Part shown: positions 1 to 8,654 of the stretch, piece by piece | Layout: every line of letters starts with the position of its first letter | Position numbering within the stretch: position 1 is the first letter of the stretch | Assembly: GCA_029246865.1 (NCBI GenBank) | Contig: JAQWMI010000018.1 | Coordinates: 44,650-108,649, forward strand | DNA length: 64,000 bases | Source of the DNA: Alphaproteobacteria bacterium | Lineage (GTDB): Bacteria; Pseudomonadota; Alphaproteobacteria; HIMB59 | Reading direction: 5' to 3' | Position numbers and translations under genes: made by a program | Notes under the pieces: generated by a model | The model's database searches: none | Told to the model about the DNA's origin: nothing | The model's input: only the letters and a program-made list of their open reading frames with translations

Positions 1-558
1 TAAGTGTTTGGAAGTTTCAATTAGATTAATTTTAGAATGAGCATGCGCTCCCCATAGTATAAATACTATATTTTCCCGCTGATGATTTATAATTTCAATT
101 ACTTTATCTGTAAAAATATTCCAGCCAAAATTTTTATGAGACATAGGCTCATTCTTAGATACCGTAAGAGTAGTATTGAGCAGAAATACTCCCTGATTAG
201 CCCAATGCTCTAAATTACCATTAGACCTATCTACTTCAATTTTTAAATCATCTTTAAGTTCTTTGAAAATATTTACAAGTGAAGGAGGAGTTTTGATATT
301 GTGTGGTACTGAGAAACTTAAACCATGCGCTTGTCCAGGTCCATGATAGGGGTCTTGACCTAAAATAACAACTTTGATTTTATCTAACTCTGTCAAATGA
401 AAGGCATTAAAAATTTTAGATCCTTCAGGGTATATGGTAATTTTATTTTTCTTACATTCTTGTAATTTTATTTTTAGATCTTTCATATAAGGTTTTTGAA
501 ATTCTTTTTCTAAATGATGGAGCCAACTAGCAGGTAGCTGTATCGATCGTTTTTGCAT
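1..558 (-). CDS. ung: Uracil-DNA glycosylase, family 1; the C-terminal part runs off the left window edge
   Basis: Absent from the ORF track because no stop lies in the window. Own translation from ATG (complement of 556-558): MQKRSIQLPASWLHHLEKEFQKPYMKDLKIKLQECKKNKITIYPEGSKIFNAFHLTELDKIKVVILGQDPYHGPGQAHGLSFSVPH... GQDPYH is the family-1 UDG motif. The sequence ends before the HPSPLS motif. Confidence 0.9.
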   Translation of the reverse strand, partial: MQKRSIQLPASWLHHLEKEFQKPYMKDLKIKLQECKKNKITIYPEGSKIFNAFHLTELDKIKVVILGQDPYHGPGQAHGLSFSVPHNIKTPPSLVNIFKELKDDLKIEVDRSNGNLEHWANQGVFLLNTTLTVSKNEPMSHKNFGWNIFTDKVIEIINHQRENIVFILWGAHAHSKINLIETSKHL

Positions 559-573
559 TATATGATTATTTGA

Positions 574-819
574 CTAATTTAAAGTTGTGTCTTGATTACG
601 GCCATATTTTTCAAGCTTATGAATAATCTTTTCTTTAAGATCATGATTTTCTTCAAGAGCCATAACCAGTGCTTGGGTATAGAAAAAACAAGCTGCTTCT
701 ATATCAGATTTTGTCTCAAAGTAGTTAGCTGCTTCATAATAAAGAGAACAAACCTTGTCCATTTGCTTCTTTTGAAAAGCTTCAGAAACATCACTGTCTA
801 ACCTATTTAAATCTTCCAT
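574..819 (-). CDS. Hypothetical small protein (81 aa)
   Basis: Intact ORF on the same strand as its neighbours, filling the gap between ung and gloB. No motif recognised. Confidence 0.45.
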   Translation of the reverse strand: MEDLNRLDSDVSEAFQKKQMDKVCSLYYEAANYFETKSDIEAACFFYTQALVMALEENHDLKEKIIHKLEKYGRNQDTTLN

Positions 820-938
820 GTAAACATTAACCTAACAGATAAATGTTGTATTGCTATGAGTAATATCAAATTCAGCCAATTCTTATTGAATCTCCAAGTT
901 TATGAGTGTGCTATTATCAAATAATCCGTCTAATCAAT

Positions 939-1700
939 TTAAAAATTATCTTTAGCTTGCCTCATTTTTTTAAAAATCTCTATAGGATCTTCAGATTGAT
1001 ACAATTCAAAGAAATAACTATCATCACATCTCAAAAAAGGATTTATTTTTAATTCTTTAGAAAGTTCGCAGGGCATTGTTGGGCGTAAATCAATATTCTG
1101 TTTAACAATCCATTCGCCGTATTTTTTTAACTCTTGATTTTTTGAATCGATAGAAAGAGCAAATTTAAAATTATTTAATGTATATTCATGTCCACAATAA
1201 ATTTTTGTTTCAGTAGGTAATTTTTTAATCTTAGTTAAAGACTCCCAGAATAGTTCAGGAGTCCCTTCAAACATCCTGCCACATCCTAGACTAAACAAAG
1301 TGTCTCCGGCAAATAACATTTGAAAATCAATGTTATAATAACAGATATGCTGCATAGTATGCCCTGGTGTAGAGATTATCTTATAAGTGTTACCATATAA
1401 TGATAGTTCTCCATTATCTTTCATTGCAATATCAAGAGATGGTAATTGCTTATCGAGATCATATCCAATAACTTTGGAATTATATTTTTTTTTCAAATCT
1501 TCAACAGCAGCAATATGATCATCATGATGATGAGTTAACAGTATGTGGCTTAATGAACAGTCATTAAGATCCAAAATTCTTTCACATATTTCTAAATCAG
1601 AAGGGTCAACAATTGCCGCTTCTTTAGCGTGAGGATTTTTTATCAGGTACCCATAATTATCTACTAATTGTGGAAAAATATAAATATTTGGTTTTTGCAT
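939..1700 (-). CDS. gloB: Hydroxyacylglutathione hydrolase (glyoxalase II), MBL fold
   Basis: LLTHHHDDH metal-binding motif, TPGHT, CGHEYT. Length of 253 aa is typical. Confidence 0.9.
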   Translation of the reverse strand: MQKPNIYIFPQLVDNYGYLIKNPHAKEAAIVDPSDLEICERILDLNDCSLSHILLTHHHDDHIAAVEDLKKKYNSKVIGYDLDKQLPSLDIAMKDNGELSLYGNTYKIISTPGHTMQHICYYNIDFQMLFAGDTLFSLGCGRMFEGTPELFWESLTKIKKLPTETKIYCGHEYTLNNFKFALSIDSKNQELKKYGEWIVKQNIDLRPTMPCELSKELKINPFLRCDDSYFFELYQSEDPIEIFKKMRQAKDNF

Positions 1701-1740
1701 TGAAATAGCATGTTAAGAAAATTAAATATAAAATACAACT

Positions 1741-2451
1741 ATGGAAATTAGCGCATCAACTATCCATAGTTTTTATAATTCAGAATTGGGAAAAATAGTT
1801 AAGTTAGAAACAGCCAATAACCTCACACATGCATTAAATGAACATCAGGCAAGAAAAATCTGTGGTTTGGGATACACCTATCCTTATTTAGAATTTCTAA
1901 AGGAATCATATTCACAAGCTTTTTTTCATGAGATGTCACCTGATTTTTTAGGGGGAATTATGAAAAAAAATTCAAGTTTTAAGCAAGAGATAGTTGATGA
2001 GTATTGCTTGCCTATTGAACCTTCTTCAATAGATATAGTGGTATTTTCACATATTTTAGAGTTAGTGGAGAGACCAGAGACAGTTATTGAAGAAGCTTGG
2101 AGAGTTTTAAAACCCAACGGATTATTAATTTCTATAGTTCCTAGGAGAGCTGGCCTGTGGACTAGGTATGATAATAATCCATTTGGTTACGGGCGATCAT
2201 TTTCAAAAAAACAACTAACCTATCTGCTCAATCAATTTTTTTATTTAGATGGTAGCTCCTATTATCTCTATACTCCTCCTTGGAAAAACTTTTTTAATTA
2301 TAAATTATCACCTTTTGTAGAAAAAATAGGACCCATAACAGTCCCATTTCTAAGTGGACTAAAGATGCAGGTATCAAAAAAAATTGTGTATACAAAAAGT
2401 AACACAAAAATTAAAAAATCTAATTTGCAAAGAAATTTAGCTACTATTTAA
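1741..2451 (+). CDS. SAM-dependent methyltransferase-like protein, divergent from gloB
   Basis: LELVERPETVIEEAWRVLKPNGLLI resembles post-motif II/III of class I methyltransferases. The gloB-divergent position is typical of alphaproteobacteria. The glycine-rich motif I is atypical (ICGLGYTYPYL). Confidence 0.6.
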   Translation: MEISASTIHSFYNSELGKIVKLETANNLTHALNEHQARKICGLGYTYPYLEFLKESYSQAFFHEMSPDFLGGIMKKNSSFKQEIVDEYCLPIEPSSIDIVVFSHILELVERPETVIEEAWRVLKPNGLLISIVPRRAGLWTRYDNNPFGYGRSFSKKQLTYLLNQFFYLDGSSYYLYTPPWKNFFNYKLSPFVEKIGPITVPFLSGLKMQVSKKIVYTKSNTKIKKSNLQRNLATI

Positions 2452-2497
2452 TAATCACTAGACTTTAAATTAACATCTTATTGAGTATAATTTTTCC

Positions 2498-3247
2498 TTG
2501 TTAGATTATAGTTACTATTTTGTTGTTTCTATTTGCGTATTGTTATTTTCAATTTCAAAATCTGGTTTTTCTGGAGGTGGATTGGCTTTAATATCGGTGA
2601 CCGTACTCTCAATTAATTATGGTCCAGTTAAAGCTATAGCGATACTTATGCCATTATTAATAGTTTGTGATTTGATGGCTGGATATTTGAATAAAAAATT
2701 TTTTGATGCTAAAATTATATTTAGTCTTTTCCCATTTACTTTCACTGGAGTTATTTTAGGCACTCTTCTTTTTAAGTTTATTAATTTAAGTGCAATGAGT
2801 ATTTTCATTGGGGCCATGTCACTTATTTATATTTTTTTTAATTACCTCTTAACTAAGTCTGTTTTAAGAACTGTACCGCTTAATGGCAGTAAGACTTTTT
2901 GGGGAACATTAAGCGGTTTCACAAGCTTCTGTCTTCACTCTGGTGGACTGCCAATGAATACTTATCTTTTAACTCAATATAAGAAAAAAACAGAGTTTGT
3001 TGCAACGCTAGTATTTAGTATGGCTATTATAAATATTTCAAAAATTGTTCCATATTTTTATTTGGATATTTTATCAGTGAAGCAGATACAAGAATACATG
3101 CTGTTTTCTCCTATTGCTGTTTTTGGAGTAATTCTAGGACATTGGATGAATAAAAAATTAAGTGATAAGTCATTTTTCACTATCATTAATATCTTCATTG
3201 TAGTGGCTTCTTCGAGGTTAATATATGATGGTTATGTTGGCTTATAG
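2498..3247 (+). CDS. TauE/SafE family anion (sulfite/sulfonate) exporter-type membrane protein
   Basis: About 8 TM helices in 249 aa, with a TauE-like repeat architecture. TTG start. Confidence 0.7.
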   Translation: MLDYSYYFVVSICVLLFSISKSGFSGGGLALISVTVLSINYGPVKAIAILMPLLIVCDLMAGYLNKKFFDAKIIFSLFPFTFTGVILGTLLFKFINLSAMSIFIGAMSLIYIFFNYLLTKSVLRTVPLNGSKTFWGTLSGFTSFCLHSGGLPMNTYLLTQYKKKTEFVATLVFSMAIINISKIVPYFYLDILSVKQIQEYMLFSPIAVFGVILGHWMNKKLSDKSFFTIINIFIVVASSRLIYDGYVGL

Positions 3248-3607
3248 TATCTTTTGAAAAAATGAAATTAGGTCTTCTTCATCTTTTAATTTTTTCATTT
3301 CAGTTGCATTAATTATAATAGAATTTCTTTTATTTATTTTTTCTATACAAAGAGGAAGTTCATTTTCAAATCTCTGCAAATTGTGTTTAATTAAATCTTC
3401 CTTATGTAAGAAAATAAAATCATGCAGGGACCTTTCTATAAATTTTTTCCATTTTTCCTTCATTCCTATATTAAAAGTAATTTTACATAAACTACATTTA
3501 TAAGTATGAGGAGATACATATTTATGAATCAAATCTAGAGTGCCATTCCATCTACCACCCTTTGCATTGTAAATAAAAATAAATTTTCTTTTTTGATTTA
3601 AGGACAT
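3242..3607 (-). CDS. Uncharacterised 121-aa protein with an H-x5-H-x3-C-x2-C motif, third cistron after metX-metW
   Basis: Its ATG overlaps the metW stop (TAATG at 3605-3609). Motif HKYVSPHTYKCSLC. No family recognised. Confidence 0.6.
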   Translation of the reverse strand: MSLNQKRKFIFIYNAKGGRWNGTLDLIHKYVSPHTYKCSLCKITFNIGMKEKWKKFIERSLHDFIFLHKEDLIKHNLQRFENELPLCIEKINKRNSIIINATEMKKLKDEEDLISFFQKIL

Positions 3608-4200
3608 TAAGTTGATAAATTAAATAAAACCTCATTACAAAAAATATTGGAAGGAGATTTAGGAAAAATAAATTTTTTATTTTTTCTTACATCATAAGTC
3701 TCGTTGATAGTGAAACCAACCTTCTTTGCTAGAACGGTAAAATCTTTAATGCTACAAGGATGAATATTTTGTGTGTTAAACCACTGGTCCCCCTCTGATT
3801 TTTCTAACAAGTTGTCAAAGCTACCTCTGACAGAAAAATTAAAAACTTTTTTATAATAATTTGAATTATCAAAGCTAATGATTATGTTTTTTCCAACTTT
3901 TTTTAGAAGATTTAATAGTTTATCTGGTGCGTTTACTGTTTGAATTGTTTGAGTTAAAATACAATAATCAAATTGATTATGAGGAAAATCTTCAAGAATC
4001 TGATTGATATCTCCTTGGACTACATCTAATCCATTTTCTAAACATTTCACAACTTCTTCTTGGTTAATTTCGACACCTTGAGTATGTACGTCATCTTTTT
4101 TATTAAGAAGACTTAGTAATTCCCCAGATGAACAGCCAATATCAAGAACTTTCGACCCATTTGGAATAATATCTAATATTATTTTATAATCGTTTCTCAT
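3607..4200 (-). CDS. metW: Methionine biosynthesis protein MetW (methyltransferase fold)
   Basis: VLDIGCSSGELL SAM-binding motif, 197 aa, immediately downstream of metX. Confidence 0.9.
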   Translation of the reverse strand: MRNDYKIILDIIPNGSKVLDIGCSSGELLSLLNKKDDVHTQGVEINQEEVVKCLENGLDVVQGDINQILEDFPHNQFDYCILTQTIQTVNAPDKLLNLLKKVGKNIIISFDNSNYYKKVFNFSVRGSFDNLLEKSEGDQWFNTQNIHPCSIKDFTVLAKKVGFTINETYDVRKNKKFIFPKSPSNIFCNEVLFNLST

Positions 4201-5325
4201 TTACAATTTTATTCCTTTAAGGAATCCCGAGGTAATTTTAAATAATTGAGGTTCATCCAATAAAAAACTATCGTGTCCTCTATCAGATACTACTTCAGCA
4301 GAACTCACTAAAGATCCAATTGAGTTTAATAATGATACTATTCCTCTAGATTCTTTCGTTGGAAATAGCCAATCACTTGTAAAAGAAAGTACTAAAAATC
4401 TTATTTTATTTTCAATAATAGATTCTTTATTTTTTACTAGTTGTTCTGAAACGTCAAAATAATCCATTGCTCTTGTCATATATAGATAACTATTGGCATC
4501 AAATCGATCTACAAAGCTTTTCCCCTGGTATCTAAGATAGCTTTCAACTTGGAAATCAATGTCAAATCCAAATGATAGATCCTGTTTCTCTTGAAGGTTT
4601 CTTCCGAATTTCTTTTGAAAAGCCGCATCTGAAAGATATGTGATATGCGCAATCATTCTTGCTACGGAGAGTCCATTTTCTGGTTTAGTGTCTTCAATGA
4701 TGTAGTTACCCTTTTTCCAATTAGGATCTAACATAATTGATTGTCTTCCAGCCTCATCAAAAGCTATATTTTGCGCAGAGTGCTTGAGTGCACCTGCAAT
4801 TGAAATTATTGATCTCAATGACTTTGGATAGGTTGCAGCCCATTGAAGAACCTGCATAGAGCCCATCGATCCCCCAATCACTGAAAGTAGTTTATCTATT
4901 TTTAATTCGTCAACTAATATTTTTTGTACTCTAACCATATCTTGTATTGTAATTGTTGGAAATTCTATTCCATAAATTTTATTTGTTTTGGGATTGATTT
5001 CATTCGGTCCAGTTGTACCCACACAACCTCCTAGAACATTTGAACAAATAACAAAGTATTTATTTGTATCAATAGTCTTTTCAGGACCTATCATGAGATC
5101 CCACCATCCTGTTTTTTTTGTGATAGGATTTTTTTCTGCTGGAAATTGATCTCCAGTTAAAGCGTGACAAACAAAAATAGCATTACTTTTATTATCATTT
5201 AATTCACCATATGTTTGATATGCTATTTCAAATTCATCTAGTGTTTTCCCACTATCTAATACTAACTGTTCATTGCATTGCAAAACAAAGCCAGGATATT
5301 TACTATTTTTAATAATTTTTCTCAT
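4201..5325 (-). CDS. metX: Homoserine O-acetyltransferase
   Basis: Alpha/beta hydrolase with the GGSMGSMQ nucleophile elbow and HALTGD. Paired with metW. Confidence 0.93.
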   Translation of the reverse strand: MRKIIKNSKYPGFVLQCNEQLVLDSGKTLDEFEIAYQTYGELNDNKSNAIFVCHALTGDQFPAEKNPITKKTGWWDLMIGPEKTIDTNKYFVICSNVLGGCVGTTGPNEINPKTNKIYGIEFPTITIQDMVRVQKILVDELKIDKLLSVIGGSMGSMQVLQWAATYPKSLRSIISIAGALKHSAQNIAFDEAGRQSIMLDPNWKKGNYIIEDTKPENGLSVARMIAHITYLSDAAFQKKFGRNLQEKQDLSFGFDIDFQVESYLRYQGKSFVDRFDANSYLYMTRAMDYFDVSEQLVKNKESIIENKIRFLVLSFTSDWLFPTKESRGIVSLLNSIGSLVSSAEVVSDRGHDSFLLDEPQLFKITSGFLKGIKL

Positions 5326-5359
5326 AATAACTTTTTTAAAATTACATGTTATGAGTGAA

Positions 5360-5432
5360 GAAGTTAGCGCTTTAGCTGTTAATCACCCGCAAGCTGTAAT
5401 CAAATCGGTGTTATTGGGATAATCGCTAAATT
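5360..5432 (-). promoter_or_regulatory. Candidate SAM-II-like riboswitch/pseudoknot in the metX leader
   Basis: Minus-strand leader: TTAGCGATTATCCCAATAACACCGATTTGATTACAGCTTGCGGGTGATTAACAGCTAAAGCGCTAA. Possible helix CACCG/CGG(G)TG encloses a loop with GAUUU and AGCUU. The 3' AAAGC can pair with GCUU to give an H-type pseudoknot. The outer pair TTAGCG/CGCTAA is also complementary. The segment is visibly more GC-rich than the flanking spacer. No covariance model was run. Confidence 0.38.
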
Positions 5433-5504
5433 CAATATATTGTCAATAGATAATTAGTGATTTTAATGTTAATTATTTTAACTATTGATAAATAAGCAAT
5501 CAAA

Positions 5505-6548
5505 ATGGTAAAAAAAAATAATACATATCAGGGTGGGGCAGAGGAATTTAAAGGCTTTATTAGGCTTTCTTCTAATGAAAATAATTATGGACCAGCAAAT
5601 TCAGTTATTAAAACTATTAAAAAAAATATAAATCATTCAAACATTTATCCTGAAATCAATAGCCAATCGCTTGCGAAGCAGATAGCAGTATTTAATAAAA
5701 TTCCAAATGAAAATGTGATAGTAGGTGCTGGTTCTGATGAAATTCTTCAGATGATTTTTCACGCTTTAACAAAACCAGGAGATCTAGTTATGCATACAAA
5801 ATATTCATTTGCGATGTATGAAATATTTGCTAAAGCTTTTAATTGTAAAAGCGTTATTTATGATGATAGTTCCTTTCAATTTACTTTGAAAGATTTTAAG
5901 AAAAAATATTCTTCTAAAGTAAAGGTGATATTTCTTGCTAACCCTAACAATCCAACAGGTTCTATTTTTTACAGAAAAGAGTTATTAGAATTTATTAAAT
6001 CAATAAATAAAAATACATTTATAGTTTTAGACGCAGCTTATAGTGAATATATTGAGGACTCTCTTTATAGTGATGGTTTAGAATTTGTAAAAAAATATAA
6101 TAATATAATAGTCACAAAATCATTTTCTAAAATTTTTGGTCTTGGTGGCTTGAGAGTTGGATGGGGTTATGCTCATATAAATACAATTAAAAAACTTTAC
6201 CAAGTAAAAAAACCTTTTAATGTTAATAGACTAGCCTCTGAGGCTGCTATTGAGTCATTAAAGAGTAAAAGTTGGTTAAAAAAACAATCAAAATTAAATC
6301 AAATGAATAAAAACTTTTTTATAAAAGGTCTCAATAATACGAAATTTGAAATTATTGATACCCTAGCAAATTTTATTTTAATTAGATTTAGATCTGAAAA
6401 AATGACAAATCAATTCTCTTTATTTGCTAAAAAACATAAAATAACATTACGAGTGCTTAGCTCTTATGGGCTCAAAAACTACATAAGAGTTACTATTGGT
6501 ACCGCTCAAGAAATGCAAATAGCTATGAAGGTTTTTAACAAATTTTAA
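5505..6548 (+). CDS. hisC: Histidinol-phosphate (aromatic) aminotransferase
   Basis: Class II aminotransferase. LSSNENNYGP N-terminal motif, NPNNPTG, and SFSKIFGLGGLRVG containing the PLP lysine. Confidence 0.85.
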   Translation: MVKKNNTYQGGAEEFKGFIRLSSNENNYGPANSVIKTIKKNINHSNIYPEINSQSLAKQIAVFNKIPNENVIVGAGSDEILQMIFHALTKPGDLVMHTKYSFAMYEIFAKAFNCKSVIYDDSSFQFTLKDFKKKYSSKVKVIFLANPNNPTGSIFYRKELLEFIKSINKNTFIVLDAAYSEYIEDSLYSDGLEFVKKYNNIIVTKSFSKIFGLGGLRVGWGYAHINTIKKLYQVKKPFNVNRLASEAAIESLKSKSWLKKQSKLNQMNKNFFIKGLNNTKFEIIDTLANFILIRFRSEKMTNQFSLFAKKHKITLRVLSSYGLKNYIRVTIGTAQEMQIAMKVFNKF

Positions 6549-7444
6549 TGTTTTCAAATATTTTAATTATTGGTTTTGGTCTTATTGGTTCATCTATTGC
6601 TAAAGGTGTTCAAAAGAACAACTTGTCAAAAAAAATTACTGTATTTGATACTGATAAAACAGTCAAAAAACGTATTGTTTCTTCAAAATTTAAACATATT
6701 CAATATGTCGATAAAATTGAGAAAGCTATATCAGATGCGGATTTAGTCATTATTTGTATTCCAGTACTTGAATATGAAAAAGTTTTCAAAAACATCGCTA
6801 AATTTGGAAAATCAAATCTAATTGTTACTGATGTTGGTTCTACTAAATTAAATATTGTTAAGCTTTTTAATAAGAATTTTAAATCAAAATTTTCTTATGT
6901 CCCATCCCACCCAATAGCTGGTACTGAAAAATCAGGACTAGAAAACGGTTTCGCAGAACTTTTTCATAATAGATATAATATTATTTCACCTACTGATAAC
7001 AAAAAAACAAAGAATGTAATCACCATTAAGAAATTTTGGGAAAATTTAGGTATGCAGGTTGATATATTGTCTGCTAAAGAACACGATAGAATACTTGGAA
7101 TAACTTCACACCTTCCTCACTTACTTGCTTATTCTCTAGTTCGCACTGCTATGAAGACAGAAAAATCTATGAAATCTAATATTATTAAATATTCTGCTGG
7201 AGGGTTCAGAGATTTTACAAGAATAACAGAAAATAATCCAAATATGTGGCGTGATGTATTTCTCGCAAATGAAAAAATTATTGTTGAACTTTCAAAATCT
7301 CTTATTGAAGAAATTAAAGAGTTCGGACAAGACATGACCAAAAAACAGTCTAGTAAACTTCACACCAAACTAAATGAAACTAGAAAAGTAAGAAAAGGTA
7401 TCATTAAAGCCAAGATGGCAGGTAAATTCATTCCTAATGATTAA
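6548..7444 (+). CDS. tyrC: Prephenate/arogenate dehydrogenase
   Basis: IIGFGLIGSS Rossmann motif, DVGSTK, HPIAGTEKSG. Coupled to hisC through a TAATG overlap. Confidence 0.85.
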   Translation: MFSNILIIGFGLIGSSIAKGVQKNNLSKKITVFDTDKTVKKRIVSSKFKHIQYVDKIEKAISDADLVIICIPVLEYEKVFKNIAKFGKSNLIVTDVGSTKLNIVKLFNKNFKSKFSYVPSHPIAGTEKSGLENGFAELFHNRYNIISPTDNKKTKNVITIKKFWENLGMQVDILSAKEHDRILGITSHLPHLLAYSLVRTAMKTEKSMKSNIIKYSAGGFRDFTRITENNPNMWRDVFLANEKIIVELSKSLIEEIKEFGQDMTKKQSSKLHTKLNETRKVRKGIIKAKMAGKFIPND

Positions 7445-8105
7445 GACTGTTAATATCAGATTTTAGTTTTTTTAAAAAATCTTCTTTACTCAAGCCTGGC
7501 TGAATAGGGTCTTTAAATTCAATAATTATCTTTCCAGATTTCATTTTATTATTTTTTGGCCAAAATTTTCCTGAATTGATTGCTATTGGGACCACTGGCT
7601 TATTTGAGTTTTTATATATTGAGTAGATGCCTGGTTTCAAGTCAGGCTGAACACCAAATTCAGTTCTCGTGCCTTCAGGGAAAATGATTACTGGTCTAAA
7701 TTCAGATAGTCTTTTAGTTTCTTCATTTACATATTTTATACTTTTAATTCCTTGACTACGATCAATAGCTATCATGTCAAGTTTTTTTAAATACATGCCA
7801 AATAAAGGTATGCTTAGTAATTCTTTTTTTAATATATAGGAAGGATTATAAAATAGACTATTAAAATAAATTGTTTCAAAAATTGATTGATGTTTTGATG
7901 CATATAAGTAGCCATTGTCATAATTCTGATTATTTTTAACTTCAACTTTAATATTACAGCAAACTTTTAAGCTCATAAGCATACTATTTGTAAAAATTTT
8001 TATAAAAAACCTAAATTTTTTATAGGAGCTAAATATCCCAAAAACACTAAATATTAAAATTAGTGCACTGGAAAAGTAAAAAAGAATTAAAAATCTAATC
8101 TTCAT
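7434..8105 (-). CDS. plsC: 1-acyl-sn-glycerol-3-phosphate acyltransferase
   Basis: HQSIFE (an H-x4-D/E acyltransferase box) and the FPEGTR motif. N-terminal TM helix. Confidence 0.85.
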   Translation of the reverse strand: MKIRFLILFYFSSALILIFSVFGIFSSYKKFRFFIKIFTNSMLMSLKVCCNIKVEVKNNQNYDNGYLYASKHQSIFETIYFNSLFYNPSYILKKELLSIPLFGMYLKKLDMIAIDRSQGIKSIKYVNEETKRLSEFRPVIIFPEGTRTEFGVQPDLKPGIYSIYKNSNKPVVPIAINSGKFWPKNNKMKSGKIIIEFKDPIQPGLSKEDFLKKLKSDINSLNH

Positions 8106-8652
8106 ATTTTTTAATGAACACTATCCTAGAAATTACATATTTAATATATTCAGAAAATAATTTTTCTAGAGGAATAATATCTTGTTTGTAATCAATTGGG
8201 TAGGCCTGGATATTAAGATTAGTGATTTGCTGAAAAAGAAACAAAGATCTTTGCATGTGCAGATCGGTAGTTACAAGAATAATTGACTTAATATTATTGT
8301 TTTTAGCCCAATGCCTAGTCTCAACAGCATTTTGATAAGTATTCTCAGCTTTATAGCCAAACTCTACGCAACATTCGACAATACTTTCTTCGAACCCTAA
8401 AATTTTTTGTAATACTTCTTTTGATCCTCCAACACCAGTTATAAACATTTTCTCGTAATTTGTATCACCGATTAAATGGTAACCCTTTTCTATTCTCTTT
8501 CCACGATCACCAGTTAAAACTATTACAGCATCACTTGAAACTAAATTTAAAGGAGTCTCAGGGATGGAATTTTTAAATTTAATTAAACCTAATATTAATG
8601 AGACAATGATAATTAATATAAAAAAATTAATTCTTTTAAAAAAAATAACCAA
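8095..8652 (-). CDS. YdcF/ElyC (DUF218) family protein
   Basis: N-terminal TM helix, then VLTGDRGKRI...ILVTTDLHMQRS, typical of DUF218. Confidence 0.72.
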   Translation of the reverse strand: MVIFFKRINFFILIIIVSLILGLIKFKNSIPETPLNLVSSDAVIVLTGDRGKRIEKGYHLIGDTNYEKMFITGVGGSKEVLQKILGFEESIVECCVEFGYKAENTYQNAVETRHWAKNNNIKSIILVTTDLHMQRSLFLFQQITNLNIQAYPIDYKQDIIPLEKLFSEYIKYVISRIVFIKKYED

Positions 8653-8654
8653 AA

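Noticed and set aside
592-801. Antisense or out-of-frame 'shadow' ORFs of 60-96 aa in the track. Coordinates: 592-801+, 1926-2117-, 2617-2817-, 7129-7341-, 9359-9589-, 11474-11662+, 13075-13314+, 13493-13711+, 14628-14831+, 15210-15392+, 16671-16937+, 19605-19880-, 23482-23769-, 28384-28599+, 29809-29994-, 30375-30590-, 31875-32132+, 34798-35040+, 35844-36092-, 36200-36409+, 36925-37131-, 42468-42671-, 43465-43689-, 48760-48951+, 51348-51638+, 52347-52592+, 52629-52850+, 54600-54821+, 58086-58277+.
   Set aside because: Each lies wholly inside a longer ORF with clear family motifs on the other strand or in another frame. Their translations are low-complexity (S/L/I/F/K-rich) with no recognisable motifs, as expected by chance opposite AT-rich coding sequence.
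5351-5422. 23-codon plus-strand ORF (MSEEVSALAVNHPQAVIKSVLLG) in the metX/hisC spacer.
   Set aside because: It is very short, has no RBS or family resemblance, and lies antisense to the GC-enriched segment. That segment is better explained as a structured metX leader.
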